Assembly (NCBI GenBank): GCA_963812605.1
Contig: CAWEWF010000005.1
Location: forward strand, 352,001 to 416,000
Direction of reading: 5' to 3'
Length of the DNA: 64,000 nucleotides
From: an uncultured Verrucomicrobiae bacterium
GTDB taxonomy: Bacteria > Verrucomicrobiota > Verrucomicrobiia > Palsa-1439
The translations under genes were made by a program, and so were the position numbers. Under the pieces are notes generated by a model. The model was not told where the DNA came from, ran no database searches, and saw only the letters and a list, made by a program, of their open reading frames with translations. Shown here one piece after another: positions 1 through 10,471 of this stretch (its first letter is position 1; every line of letters starts with the position of its first letter).

Positions 1-2
1 GC

Positions 3-1442
3 CTGTCGCCGCCGGAGCAGCGCCGCATACAGAACGAGAAACTTCATCGCTATTTTACGGAAGTCATTGGCCCGTTCAGTCCGTACTACAAGAAGTTCTT
101 CGCCGAGCATAAGGTCGACCCGCGCCAGATCAAGACGGTCGATGATTTACGACATCTGCCGTTCACCAGGAAAGCCGATTTGCTCCCGACGCCGGAGCAG
201 CCGGAAAAATTCCGCGACTTCATTATCACTCCCGACGCGTCCGTGCTCAAGCATCGCCCGCGCGTTGTCGCGGAGGCGTTATTGCGCGGTCGCAGCGCAG
301 TGGAACGGCGTTTCGAGCGCGAGTATCGCCCGATTTTCCTGACCGCGACCACGGGCCGCAGCTCGGCGCCCGTGGCCTTCACCTACACCGACCACGATAT
401 GCGCAATCTCCGCACAGCCGGCGCGCGCATCATCCAGGTTTTCGGCGCCACGACGAAGATGCGCGCCGTGAATATGTTTCCTTACGCGCCGCACCTGGCG
501 TTCTGGCACGTCGTGTTGGCGGGATTGGAGTTTGGGATGTTGGTCGTCAGTTCGGGCGGCGGCAAGGTGATGGGCACCGACGGCAACATCGGTCTCATTG
601 AGAAGATCAAGCCCGAGGCGATTGTCGGCATTCCGACATTCGTCTATCACGTCATCCGCGAAGCGCACGAACAGGGGCGCAAATGGCCGCAGGTTTGCAA
701 GATCATACTCGGTGGCGAGAAGAGCCCGGAGGGGATCCGGCGCAAGATGGTTTCCATGCTGCAGGAGATGGGCGCGGGCGATGTGCGGGTTTGCGGCACG
801 TACGGTTTTACGGAGGCGCGTCTCGCGTGGGGCGAATGCCCGACGCCTCCGGATGTATGGAGCGGTTATCATTTTCTTACCGATCTCGGTATCATGGAGG
901 TGATCGATCCCGAAACGGGTGAAGTCAAGGGCGAGGGTGAGCCGGGCGAATTGGTGTACACGCCGCTCGACGCGCGCGGCACGGTCGTGCTGCGCTATCG
1001 CACCGGCGATTATGTGGACGGGGGGATAACCTGGGAACCGTGTCCGTATTGCGGGCGTACGGTGCCGCGCATTGTTGGCAAGATTGGGCGGGCTTCCAGC
1101 ACGCAGGAATTACGACTGGAAAAACTGAAGGGCACGCTTGTCAATTTCGACTCGCTCCAGCAGATTCTCGACGACATGGCGGAGATTGGCGAGTGGCAAT
1201 TGGAAATTCGCAAGGCCCACGACGACCCGCATGACGTGGACGAACTAATTTTGCACGTTGCGCCCGAGAACGGCGCCAACCTGGAGCGGCTCAAGGAAAA
1301 GATCCGAACGCGGTTCCAGACCGAGATTGAAGTGACACCCAATCGCATCGAGATCCATTCGCTCGACGACATGCTCAAACGCATCAAGCTGGAAAGCGCG
1401 TTGAAGGAAGTACGGGTGTTAGATGCGCGACCCAAGGAATAG
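3..1442 (+). CDS. Phenylacetate-CoA ligase (PaaK)-like AMP-binding enzyme, 5' end outside window
   Basis: Frame is open from position 3; motifs SPYYKK, LPFTRKADL, TATTGRS, YGFTEA, GELVYTPL, LRYRTGD. Confidence 0.8.
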   Translation: MSPPEQRRIQNEKLHRYFTEVIGPFSPYYKKFFAEHKVDPRQIKTVDDLRHLPFTRKADLLPTPEQPEKFRDFIITPDASVLKHRPRVVAEALLRGRSAVERRFEREYRPIFLTATTGRSSAPVAFTYTDHDMRNLRTAGARIIQVFGATTKMRAVNMFPYAPHLAFWHVVLAGLEFGMLVVSSGGGKVMGTDGNIGLIEKIKPEAIVGIPTFVYHVIREAHEQGRKWPQVCKIILGGEKSPEGIRRKMVSMLQEMGAGDVRVCGTYGFTEARLAWGECPTPPDVWSGYHFLTDLGIMEVIDPETGEVKGEGEPGELVYTPLDARGTVVLRYRTGDYVDGGITWEPCPYCGRTVPRIVGKIGRASSTQELRLEKLKGTLVNFDSLQQILDDMAEIGEWQLEIRKAHDDPHDVDELILHVAPENGANLERLKEKIRTRFQTEIEVTPNRIEIHSLDDMLKRIKLESALKEVRVLDARPKE

Positions 1443-1495
1443 GTCACTGCTCCCGGATTGCACGAGAGAATGGCGCGTGTTAGCGTGAGGAAACT

Positions 1496-2269
1496 ATGAA
1501 GACCAAACTCGCAATTCTAATTGCAGGACTTTTTGCCATGAACTCATTTGCTGCGCTGCACACCGAGACCATTGAGTACAAACAAGGCGACACGACGTGT
1601 GAAGGCTATCTCGCTTACGATGACGCGGTGAAGGGGCCGCGGCCGGGCGTGTTGGTCGTGCACGATTGGCTGGGATTGGACAGCTATCCGAAGATGCGGG
1701 CAGATATGCTTGCCAAGCTGGGTTACGTCGCGTTCGCGGCTGATATTTACGGCAAGGGGGTACGTCCCAAGGGGCCAGCCGAAGCGATGGCGCAGACGAA
1801 AATATACAAAGGTGATCGGGCGCTGCTCCGCCTTCGGGTCAACGCCGCTCTCGCCGTGCTGAGGAGCCAGCCGGAGGTCGACCCGAAACGCCTTGCGGCC
1901 ATCGGTTACTGTTTTGGCGGCACCACGGTGCTCGAACTGGCGCGCAGTGGAGCGGAGATTGCCGGGATCGTCACGTTCCACGGCGGACTTGACACACCGA
2001 CGCGCGATGCGAACAACATCAAGTGCAAGGTACTTCTCTGCCACGGCGCGGACGATCCGTACGTGCCGGCGGCCGATGTGACAGCCTTGCAGGATGAACT
2101 ACGCTCCGCAAAAGTGGATTGGCAGATGATTTATTACAGCGGGGCGGTGCACAGTTTCACGCGGCCCGATGCCGGCAACGACAACTCGAAAGGCGCGGCC
2201 TACAACGAACACGCCGACAAGCGGTCGTGGGAAGCGATGAAGGAGTTTTTCGCAGAAATCTTCCGATGA
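1496..2269 (+). CDS. Dienelactone hydrolase family protein with signal peptide
   Basis: GYCFGG nucleophile, HGADD and AVHSFT motifs; N-terminal signal peptide. Confidence 0.9.
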   Translation: MKTKLAILIAGLFAMNSFAALHTETIEYKQGDTTCEGYLAYDDAVKGPRPGVLVVHDWLGLDSYPKMRADMLAKLGYVAFAADIYGKGVRPKGPAEAMAQTKIYKGDRALLRLRVNAALAVLRSQPEVDPKRLAAIGYCFGGTTVLELARSGAEIAGIVTFHGGLDTPTRDANNIKCKVLLCHGADDPYVPAADVTALQDELRSAKVDWQMIYYSGAVHSFTRPDAGNDNSKGAAYNEHADKRSWEAMKEFFAEIFR

Positions 2270-3507
2270 CCCGACTCGCGATCATCGAGGGGATTCGGAC
2301 GCCGTTCTCCAAGGCGGGAACGGATCTGAAATCCCTCCCCGCGCAGGAACTCGGTCGCATTGTGGTGAGCGAGTTGCTGGAGCGGACGGGATTCGATCCG
2401 GACCGGATTTCGCAGGTGATCTTTGGCTGCGTCGCGCAACCGCCGGAGGCGGCGAACATCGCACGGGTGATTGCGCTCAACGCGGGCCTGCCTCAGGAGA
2501 TTCCCGCCTACACGGTGCACCGCAACTGCGCGAGCGGTTTTGAAGCGGTCACCAGCGCGTACGAGAAAATGGTCGCAGGCCAGGGGGACGCTTTTGTGGT
2601 GGGCGGCACCGAGAGCATGTCGAACATCCCGCTGCTGTTTTCCACGACAGCAGCGAACAAGTTCGCGGCGCTCGCGCGAGCGAAATCCTCGCTGAAGAAG
2701 CTCGGCGCGATGCTGGCTTTTCGTCCGCGTGATTTCAAACCCCGCATCGGGGTGATGCTCGGGCTGACGGATCCGGTGTGCGGTCTCAACATGGGCCAGA
2801 CGGCGGAGGTGCTCTATCGCGATTACGGTATCACCCGTGAACAACAGGATGCGTTTGCACTCGACTCGCACCAGAAAGTGGCCAAGGCGCGGGCGAAGCT
2901 GGCGGAAGAGATTGGCACGGTTTATCTGCCGAAGGGCCAGTACGTGGACAAGGACAACGGTGTGCGTGAGAACCAGACCATGGAAGCGCTGGCGAAACTG
3001 CGGCCGGTGTTCGACAAGCACAACGGGACGGTGACCGCCGGCAACTCCTCACAGATTACCGATGGCGCGGTGGCATTGCTGGTCATGGACGAGGAAAAGG
3101 CGCGCAAGCAGGGCTTTCAGCCACTGGGATATCTGCGCGGCTACGCCTATGAAGGAGTGGATCCGCGCCGGATGGGGATCGGGCCGGCGTACGCGATACC
3201 GAAGGCGCTGGAGGAGACGGGCGTGAAGTGGAAGGATATCCAACTCCTGGAGATCAATGAGGCATTCGCGGTGCAGGTGTTGGCGGTGGAACTGGTGATG
3301 CGCAAGGAATTCGGCATGGAGATTAATCGCGACCTGCTCAACGTCAACGGCGGCGCGATCGCGCTCGGCCATCCCGTGGGGGCGACGGGCGCTCGGCTCG
3401 TGCTTACGCTGCTAAAAGAGATGAAGCGCCGCAACCTGAAAACGGGCATCGCTTCCGCCTGCGTGGGCGGGGGCCAGGGTGGGGCGCTGATTTTGGAGCG
3501 TGGCTAA
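2266..3507 (+). CDS. fadI: Acetyl-CoA C-acyltransferase (thiolase, FadI-like)
   Basis: Starts MTRLAIIEGIRTPF overlapping previous stop (ATGA); NCASG, NEAFA, GHPVGATG, CVGGGQG. Confidence 0.85.
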   Translation: MTRLAIIEGIRTPFSKAGTDLKSLPAQELGRIVVSELLERTGFDPDRISQVIFGCVAQPPEAANIARVIALNAGLPQEIPAYTVHRNCASGFEAVTSAYEKMVAGQGDAFVVGGTESMSNIPLLFSTTAANKFAALARAKSSLKKLGAMLAFRPRDFKPRIGVMLGLTDPVCGLNMGQTAEVLYRDYGITREQQDAFALDSHQKVAKARAKLAEEIGTVYLPKGQYVDKDNGVRENQTMEALAKLRPVFDKHNGTVTAGNSSQITDGAVALLVMDEEKARKQGFQPLGYLRGYAYEGVDPRRMGIGPAYAIPKALEETGVKWKDIQLLEINEAFAVQVLAVELVMRKEFGMEINRDLLNVNGGAIALGHPVGATGARLVLTLLKEMKRRNLKTGIASACVGGGQGGALILERG

Positions 3508-5513
3508 TGGAATCGCCACGAGTTGAATACGATGCGGAGGGGACCGCGTGGGTGGTGTTCGATGACCCGGATTCGAAGGTCAACATTTTGGGATTCGGGC
3601 AAATGCAGCGGCTTGACGGGATTTTGGATGAACTTTCCAAGCGCAGGCCCAAGGGCGTCGTTTTCATCAGCGGCAAACCGGGGATTTTCATTGCGGGCGC
3701 GGACATCAACGAACTGGAAAAAATCCGCGACGCCAGCCATGGAGAACTGCTCTCGCGGGAGGGGCACCGGATTTTCGCCAAGATCGAGCTGCTGGGGGTG
3801 CCGACGGTCGCCGCCATTGACGGCGCGTGCCTGGGGGGTGGGTGTGAGTTGGCGTTGGCGTGCCGCTACCGGGTGGCGACGGACCATCCGAAAACGCAGA
3901 TTGGATTGCCGGAGACGCAACTCGGCATTATTCCGGGCTGGGGCGGGACGCAACGGCTGCCGCGGCTCATCGGATTGCAGGCGGCGCTCGATATCATTTG
4001 CAAGGGCAAGAGTGTCGGCGCGGACAAGGCGCGGCGGATTGGTTTGGTGGACGCGGCGGTGCCGAGCGTGGTTTTGCGGGACACGGCAAAACGGTTCGCG
4101 GTCGGTCAGCAACGCGCGTCCCGCAAATCGGTAAAGCTGCAGAACATGTGGCCGTTACGCCCGATTGCCTGCCGGTTCGCGCGCAAGAAGGTGTCCGCGC
4201 TCACGCGAGGCCGGTATCCGGCGCCGCTGCGGGCCATTGACGCGATGGAAGAGGGCCTGGCAGGGAAGAAGCTCGACGCGGGGTTGGAGGGCGAGGCGAA
4301 GATCTTCGGCGAAGTAAGCGCGACGCCGGTATGCAAGAACCTCATTCGCGTCTTCTTCTTGCGCGAAAAGTATTCGAAGCTGACCTTTGACACCGGGCGC
4401 GTGGAACGTACCGGACCGATCGCGGCGCGCGTTATAACGGCGCCGGTCGAGAAAGTCGGGGTTTTGGGCGCGGGCGTGATGGGTGCGGGCATCGCGCAAT
4501 TGTGCAGCGCGCGCGGGTTGACGGTGCGATTGAAGGACATCAAGCCCGAGTTCGTCGCGACCGGCGTCAAGCGCATTGCGGACGCGTACCGCGAGGGTGT
4601 GAAGCGGCGGAAGTTTTCCGAATTGGACGCGCAACACGGTTTTGCGCGGGTGCATCCAACGACAGAGTACACCGGGTTTGGCGATTGCGACCTGGTCATC
4701 GAGGCGGTCCTTGAGAAAATCGAGGTCAAGCGGCTGGCGTTCGGCGAGTTGATTGACCGCCTGCGCAACGATTGTATTATCGCCTCCAACACTTCGGCGA
4801 TTCCCATTGATGACCTGGCGGAAGCCAGTGGCCGCCCCAAGCGATTTATTGGCATCCATTTTTTCAATCCCGTGCACAAGATGCCGCTGGTGGAGATCGT
4901 GTACGGAACCAAGACCGCACCGGAAGTGATTGCGGCGGCGGTCGATTTCGCAAAAAAACTGAAGAAAATTCCGATTATCGTGAAAGGCGCGCCGGGGTTT
5001 CTGGTTAACCGCCTGCTCATGCCCTATTTGAACGAAGCAGGCGTGCTGCTGGGCGAAGGCGTCAGTGTCGAGTCGATCGACAAGGCCATGCTCGATTTCG
5101 GGATGCCGATGGGGCCGCTGCGGTTGATCGACGAGGTTGGGATCGACGTTGCGTACGACGTGGCGCGCGAACTCGCGGAGGCTTTTCACAACCGGATGAC
5201 GGTCGCGCCAATCCTTCGCCAGGTTTACGAGCGCGGATTGAAGGGACGGAAGAGCGGGGCGGGATTCTACGTGTATAAGGGCAAGAAAGAGCGACTGAAT
5301 TCGGAATTGAAGCTGCCCAGTGGAAAAACGCTGAGTCCCGCCGAGATCCAGACGCGATTACTGGGCGTGATGATCAGCGAAGCGCAGCGCTGCCTCACCG
5401 AAGGAGTGGTGACCTCCGAGGACGACGTTGATGTGGGCATGATTTTTGGCACGGGTTTTCCGCCATTCCGCGGCGGGCTGGTCAAATATGCGCGCGACGC
5501 GGGGAAATGGTGA
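3507..5513 (+). CDS. fadJ: Fatty acid oxidation complex alpha subunit (enoyl-CoA hydratase/3-hydroxyacyl-CoA dehydrogenase)
   Basis: FIAGADI, CLGGGCELAL, GAGVMGAGIA, SNTSAIPI, HFFNP, PGFLVNR, GTGFPPFRGG. Confidence 0.9.
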   Translation: MESPRVEYDAEGTAWVVFDDPDSKVNILGFGQMQRLDGILDELSKRRPKGVVFISGKPGIFIAGADINELEKIRDASHGELLSREGHRIFAKIELLGVPTVAAIDGACLGGGCELALACRYRVATDHPKTQIGLPETQLGIIPGWGGTQRLPRLIGLQAALDIICKGKSVGADKARRIGLVDAAVPSVVLRDTAKRFAVGQQRASRKSVKLQNMWPLRPIACRFARKKVSALTRGRYPAPLRAIDAMEEGLAGKKLDAGLEGEAKIFGEVSATPVCKNLIRVFFLREKYSKLTFDTGRVERTGPIAARVITAPVEKVGVLGAGVMGAGIAQLCSARGLTVRLKDIKPEFVATGVKRIADAYREGVKRRKFSELDAQHGFARVHPTTEYTGFGDCDLVIEAVLEKIEVKRLAFGELIDRLRNDCIIASNTSAIPIDDLAEASGRPKRFIGIHFFNPVHKMPLVEIVYGTKTAPEVIAAAVDFAKKLKKIPIIVKGAPGFLVNRLLMPYLNEAGVLLGEGVSVESIDKAMLDFGMPMGPLRLIDEVGIDVAYDVARELAEAFHNRMTVAPILRQVYERGLKGRKSGAGFYVYKGKKERLNSELKLPSGKTLSPAEIQTRLLGVMISEAQRCLTEGVVTSEDDVDVGMIFGTGFPPFRGGLVKYARDAGKW

Positions 5514-5522
5514 AGGCGACAA

Positions 5523-6077
5523 ATGGGATTTGAATTTTCAGAAGGCGGGTCGCTGACGGGGTTGGTACTGGCGGCGTCACGCGACCTGCTCGACCCGAAT
5601 TTTAACCGGACGCTCGTGTACATCGCCGAGCATGGTCCTGAGGGCACGCTCGGATTGGTGATGAACCGTCCGCTCGACAAGAAACTCGGCGAGGTGGCAC
5701 TGTCGGCAGACCTGCCGAAGGCGTTGCGGCAGATTTCGGTGTTTCAGGGCGGGCCGGTGAAAACGAACGCATTGCTGTTCGCGCGGTTCCAACGCGGAAA
5801 GAACGACGAACAACTGCGCTGCCAGATTGTGGCCAACCCGCAAGAGTTGATCGAATTGCCCAAACGCGAGTGGGTGCGGGCGTTTGCGGGTCATGCGGGC
5901 TGGAGCGAAGGACAACTGGAGCGGGAATTGAGCGAAGGCTCGTGGCTGGTTTGCCGGCCGCATACGGCGATGCTGGAAGAATCGGCGCCGAATGCCATGT
6001 GGGAGGCATTTGTCGGGAAGGACCAGCGCTGGAGGAAACTCCAACCACTCCTGCCGAAGAACACCGGGCTGAATTAG
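5523..6077 (+). CDS. YqgE/AlgH (UPF0301) family protein
   Basis: DPNFNRT, GLVMNRP, FQGGPV, GHAGWSEGQLERE. Confidence 0.9.
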   Translation: MGFEFSEGGSLTGLVLAASRDLLDPNFNRTLVYIAEHGPEGTLGLVMNRPLDKKLGEVALSADLPKALRQISVFQGGPVKTNALLFARFQRGKNDEQLRCQIVANPQELIELPKREWVRAFAGHAGWSEGQLERELSEGSWLVCRPHTAMLEESAPNAMWEAFVGKDQRWRKLQPLLPKNTGLN

Positions 6078-6104
6078 CCAGACGCGCGCCGAGCATTTCC
6101 AGAG

Positions 6105-7946
6105 ATGATCGCCGACAACTCTCCCGCGTTGCGCAGGCTACTCGCGTTGTTGATTGTCGTCGCCGGTCTTCGGGCATACCACAACAGTTTTCAAGGGCCG
6201 TTCATTTTTGATGACCTTCCCTCGATTCCTGAAAATCCCCATATTCGCCATCTTTGGCCGGTTTGGCGGGCGATGTCCGCGCCTCCCAGCAGCCCGGTCG
6301 CCGGGCGTCCGGTGGTTTGCCTGACGTTGGCACTGAACTATGCGCTGGGTGGATTGAATGTCCAGGGATACCACGCGTTCAATTTGGCGATACATTTGGC
6401 GTCGGCGCTGGTGCTGTTCGGAATTCTGCGCAGAACGCTGGAGGGCGAGAAACTTCGCGGTCGATTCGGGCCCGCTACTGTCTGGCTGGCGGCAGCGATT
6501 GCGCTCATCTGGGAAGTGCACCCGATACAAACGGAGAGTGTTACCTATATTGTCGAGCGCACCGAGTCGATGATGGGCCTGTTCCTGCTGCTGACATTGT
6601 ATTGCGCGCTCCGCAGTTCCCAATCCTCCCATCCGCGCGCGTGGCAGGCAGGGACGATCATGTCCTGTGCGTTGGGGATGGGGAGCAAGGAAGTTATGGT
6701 TGGTGCTCCCCTGATCGTATTGCTGTACGATCGGGTGTTTCTGGTCTCGTCGTTTAAGGAATTGTGGCGGCGGCGTGCCAGCTTGTACGCCGGGTTGGCA
6801 GGGACGTGGCTGATCCTGGCAGGATTGGTGGCGACGACTTCCCGCGAGATGTCCGGTTTCGGAATCGGAAATGTGACGGCCTGGGACTATCTCAAGACCG
6901 AGGCCGGGGTACTCATTTACTATTTGCGACTTTGTCTCTGGCCCCACCCGCTGGTGATCGATTATTCCGACTGGCCGGTTGCCGGACCGCTGAAAGACTG
7001 TCTGGTCCCTGTCGTTGCTGTGGTTGGCCTGCTCGGGGCGACATTGTGGGCCTTTCGTCGCCAACCCTGGTTGGGTTTTCTGGGCGCCTGGTGGTTCCTC
7101 ATTTTGGGTCCGACATCCAGTTTTATGCCGAGCGTTGGTGAAGCCGTCGCCGAACGGCGCATGTATCTGCCGCTAGCGGCAGTAGCGGCGCTGATCGTGG
7201 GCGGAGGCTGGCGGTTGTTGGCCGGTTTGCCTGATAACCAACGTGGTGCCCGGACGATACGGCGACTGGCAGCGGCGGCGCTGATGGCCATTATCCTGAC
7301 CCTGGGGTTGCTGACAGTGCGGCGGAACGAGGATTATCGCAGCGACGTTTCGATTTGGTCCAGTGTTGTCGACCATCGCCCGCGCAACACGCGCGCCCTG
7401 GTCAATCTCGGCACCGTCTTGATGAGAAGCGGGCGGCCGGACGAGGCGCTGGCGCGTTACGACGAAGCGGTGCGGATTGACCCGAACAATTCCGAGGCGC
7501 AGTTTAACCTGGGCCTGACCCTGGCAGGGCGCAACCAATTGGATGGGGCCGTGGTTCATTTGCAAGAAGCCACACGGCTCGTACCGCAAAGCGCCATGGC
7601 CCAGTATGATCTCGGCACCGTGTTTGCCCAACGGGGCGACCTCGCCCCCGCAGCGGCGCATCTCGCCGAGTCGTTGCGGCTCGACTCCCGAAATGCCGGG
7701 GCGCACAACGCCCTTGGGAGCGTCCTGGCGCGACAGGGCAATCTGGCAGAGGCGGTGCGAGAATTCAGCGAGGCGTTACGATTGCAGCCCGATTACGCCG
7801 AGGCCCACGCAAACTTCGGTCTTACGCTGGCGCAATTGGGCCGGCTGGACGAGGCGGCGCAGCATTGGGAAACAGCGCTGCGCCTCGACCCGAAACAGGA
7901 GACGGCACGGCGTGGACTCGAGAGTATTCGCAACGTCGGAAAATAA
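6105..7946 (+). CDS. TMTC-like membrane protein (GT-C fold, putative protein O-mannosyltransferase) with C-terminal TPRs
   Basis: FIFDD, HPIQTESVTYI, SKE, AERRMYLP motifs; multiple TM helices; TPR repeats. Confidence 0.8.
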   Translation: MIADNSPALRRLLALLIVVAGLRAYHNSFQGPFIFDDLPSIPENPHIRHLWPVWRAMSAPPSSPVAGRPVVCLTLALNYALGGLNVQGYHAFNLAIHLASALVLFGILRRTLEGEKLRGRFGPATVWLAAAIALIWEVHPIQTESVTYIVERTESMMGLFLLLTLYCALRSSQSSHPRAWQAGTIMSCALGMGSKEVMVGAPLIVLLYDRVFLVSSFKELWRRRASLYAGLAGTWLILAGLVATTSREMSGFGIGNVTAWDYLKTEAGVLIYYLRLCLWPHPLVIDYSDWPVAGPLKDCLVPVVAVVGLLGATLWAFRRQPWLGFLGAWWFLILGPTSSFMPSVGEAVAERRMYLPLAAVAALIVGGGWRLLAGLPDNQRGARTIRRLAAAALMAIILTLGLLTVRRNEDYRSDVSIWSSVVDHRPRNTRALVNLGTVLMRSGRPDEALARYDEAVRIDPNNSEAQFNLGLTLAGRNQLDGAVVHLQEATRLVPQSAMAQYDLGTVFAQRGDLAPAAAHLAESLRLDSRNAGAHNALGSVLARQGNLAEAVREFSEALRLQPDYAEAHANFGLTLAQLGRLDEAAQHWETALRLDPKQETARRGLESIRNVGK

Positions 7947-7947
7947 C

Positions 7948-8457
7948 TCAGGACTGTGCCCCGGAACGCCGGGCGCGGAAAAAACTTTGCAACAAGTCGC
8001 GCGCTTCGTCTTCCTTGACCCCCACCGTCACCTCAATGACGTGATTCAATCCCTTGGCTGAGGTAATCGGAAAGACAGAACCCGCGCCGCCAGCGCGATC
8101 GTCGCGGACGCCAAATACGAGGCGTTTCAGGCGCGCGAGCATGAGGGCGCCGGCGCACATGGGACAGGGTTCTTTCGTGACGAAAAGCGTGCAACCTTCC
8201 AGCCGCCAATCCCCGAGGGCATGAGCGGCCTGCGTGATGGCGAGAATCTCCGCGTGCGCGGTGGCGTCTTTGAGCAGTTCCACCTGATTGTGGGCGCGCG
8301 CGATGATTTTGGCATCGCGGACGATGACCGCGCCGACGGGCACTTCATCCGTGTCGTAAGCCACGCGCGCCAAACGTAGCGCTTCGCCCATGAAGTAATC
8401 ATCGCTCGCCCGGTCAATGGGCTTGGGAGTTGTCTCGGGCTTCGTCGGTCGACTCAT
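7948..8457 (-). CDS. tadA: tRNA adenosine(34) deaminase
   Basis: EVPVGAV, TAHAEI, EPCPMC, LQSFF. Confidence 0.92.
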   Translation of the reverse strand: MSRPTKPETTPKPIDRASDDYFMGEALRLARVAYDTDEVPVGAVIVRDAKIIARAHNQVELLKDATAHAEILAITQAAHALGDWRLEGCTLFVTKEPCPMCAGALMLARLKRLVFGVRDDRAGGAGSVFPITSAKGLNHVIEVTVGVKEDEARDLLQSFFRARRSGAQS

Positions 8458-8566
8458 AACGCAGAGGCTAACAATTCTGCAGCCACTCGGCAAGTTACTA
8501 TCAAATCCAAGGTGATTTGCGTCGATTGATTTGCCAGGGACGGGTTACGCGGCTAGGATTCGACAT

Positions 8567-9553
8567 ATGGACGGCGAGACGTTGATTGCTGATTTGTCGA
8601 AGATACGAAGTCGACTGCGAGTAACGGGTGCGGATCGTGTCGAGTTCCTGCACGGCCAGTGTACAAACGACATCTGTAAATTGCGCACAGGCGAGAGTTG
8701 TTATGCGGCGTTTTTGAATGCCAAGGGCAAGATGCGGGGGGAGGGGCAAGTGATTTGCCTCGCTGACGCGTTTCTGTTGGAGGTAAACCCCGGGCTCGCG
8801 CCATCGCTGGAAAAGTTCATTATCACGGAAGACGTGACGGTTGAAGACGTGAGCGCATCAATGGTCGAATGGCTCGTGGTTGGCGGCGAGGCTAGCATGT
8901 TGCCGCCGCAGATCGTGACGTTCCAGCATCCACTCGGTTGCGGAGTGATCAGCGATGGCCCAGCGCCTTGGGAGGTTATGGCAAAAGCGGAGGAACTATC
9001 TCGGATCGAGCCGCCTGTGCCAGACGAAGCGGCGCTTTTTGGCGAAACCTCAATTATTAATCACGTGACGACGATAATCCCTGCCGAAGCGCTGGAAGTG
9101 CTGCGCATCGAGGCGGCGGTGCCGAAGTGGGGCGTGGATATGGACGAGAACACGATTCCCAACGAGGCGGGCCTTGAAGCACGGGCGATCAGTTATGACA
9201 AAGGGTGCTACATCGGGCAGGAAACCATCGCGCGCATTAAGACATACGGGCACGTGAATCGCCGGCTGGTGCAGATTGCCATTGGATCACAGGCCCCGAA
9301 AGCGTTCGGGGTGCCACCGATACCGGGACGCGGCGACAAACCGTCGGCTGGGACTTTGCCAGCAATACCGGCGCGCGGCGATAAGATTTTCGCGGAAGGA
9401 CGTGAAGTGGGACAGGTGACCAGCGCGGCGCGGTCGTTGCGGCTTGGCAAACCGCTGGCGCTCGGCTATGTTCGGCGCGAGTTCGCAACGGCGGGAGCCA
9501 AACTCAATTGGAACAATGAAACGGCGGAGGTCTTGAGAATATGCGGAGAATGA
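8567..9553 (+). CDS. ygfZ: YgfZ/GcvT-like folate-binding protein
   Basis: FLHGQCTND and KGCYIGQE signature. Confidence 0.85.
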   Translation: MDGETLIADLSKIRSRLRVTGADRVEFLHGQCTNDICKLRTGESCYAAFLNAKGKMRGEGQVICLADAFLLEVNPGLAPSLEKFIITEDVTVEDVSASMVEWLVVGGEASMLPPQIVTFQHPLGCGVISDGPAPWEVMAKAEELSRIEPPVPDEAALFGETSIINHVTTIIPAEALEVLRIEAAVPKWGVDMDENTIPNEAGLEARAISYDKGCYIGQETIARIKTYGHVNRRLVQIAIGSQAPKAFGVPPIPGRGDKPSAGTLPAIPARGDKIFAEGREVGQVTSAARSLRLGKPLALGYVRREFATAGAKLNWNNETAEVLRICGE

Positions 9554-10131
9554 TTGGATTGGTTGGTTTGATGGCAGCGGCATTTCTACTGAAAGGAACA
9601 ACCCTCATGGCGGCAGATACGGATCAAGTGGCGGTGGTCGAAACGAAATTTGGCAAGATGGTGATCGAATTTTACAGCGCGGATGCGCCGAAGACGGTGG
9701 CCAACTTCATCAAGCTTGCGAAGGACGGTTATTACAACGGCACGACATTTCATCGCGTCATTCCCGGCTTCATGATCCAGGGCGGCGATCCCAACAGCAA
9801 AAATGCGGACCGCAGCACACATGGCATGGGCGGGCCGGGCTACACGATTGAGGCAGAGATCAAGCAGGACCACAAACGCGGCACGGTGGCCACGGCGCGT
9901 ACCGGTGGTCCGTCCAATCCCGAGAAGCGGTCGAGCGGCAGCCAGTTTTTCATCAACGTGAAGGACAACGTTTTCCTCAATGGCGACTACACGGTATTTG
10001 GCAACGTGATTGCGGGCATGGATGTGGCCGACAAGATCGTGGCTGTTCCGCGCGACGGCAACGATAATCCGAACGAGAAGGTGGACATGAAAGTAACCAT
10101 CACGACGCGGGCGGAAGCCTTGAAGAAGTGA
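9550..10131 (+). CDS. Cyclophilin-type peptidyl-prolyl isomerase, exported
   Basis: FHRVIPGFMIQGGD, GSQFFI, YTVFG; signal peptide; start codon uncertain (9541 or 9550). Confidence 0.92.
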   Translation: MIGLVGLMAAAFLLKGTTLMAADTDQVAVVETKFGKMVIEFYSADAPKTVANFIKLAKDGYYNGTTFHRVIPGFMIQGGDPNSKNADRSTHGMGGPGYTIEAEIKQDHKRGTVATARTGGPSNPEKRSSGSQFFINVKDNVFLNGDYTVFGNVIAGMDVADKIVAVPRDGNDNPNEKVDMKVTITTRAEALKK

Positions 10132-10172
10132 CGGCTGGGCCGATATTTTACAATTGGATTGCTTACAATTGA

Positions 10173-10210
10173 TACCCCTCACCTTGATCCTTTCCCCGGA
10201 AGGGAGAGGA
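10173..10210 (+). repeat. REP-like hairpin (ACCCCTCACC..ATCCT(C/T)TCCCC..GGGAGAGG family)
   Basis: Related copies at 38971-39009 (+) and 46381-46418 (-). Confidence 0.7.
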
Positions 10211-10264
10211 GAACAATGCATACAGCGGCAAGCGGGACGCTCGCCCTACTTATAAGACTGACCA

Positions 10265-10471
10265 ATGACCCTTACGGAACTTGCCGGCACGTTGGAACGA
10301 CTCGGCTGCCCGCGCGAGAAATCGGCGTCCATGGCCTCGCAGCTTGATCGTCGTGCCCGCATGGACGCCGAACGTGATGGGACCTCGTATGAAGCTGCGC
10401 TGAATCGTCTCTTGGGCCTGATGGCACAAGGCTGGGCGACACAAGCCCCGCCACAAAAACCCGCCGAATAA
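10265..10471 (+). CDS. Small hypothetical protein
   Basis: 68-aa ORF, ATG start, co-oriented with neighbours. Confidence 0.6.
   Translation: MTLTELAGTLERLGCPREKSASMASQLDRRARMDAERDGTSYEAALNRLLGLMAQGWATQAPPQKPAE

Noticed and set aside
2119-2265. Extended N-termini in the ORF track (thiolase, pilins, pilM, cca, uvrC, pAgo and others)
   Set aside because: They overlap upstream genes or promoters; starts were moved to RBS- or motif-supported codons
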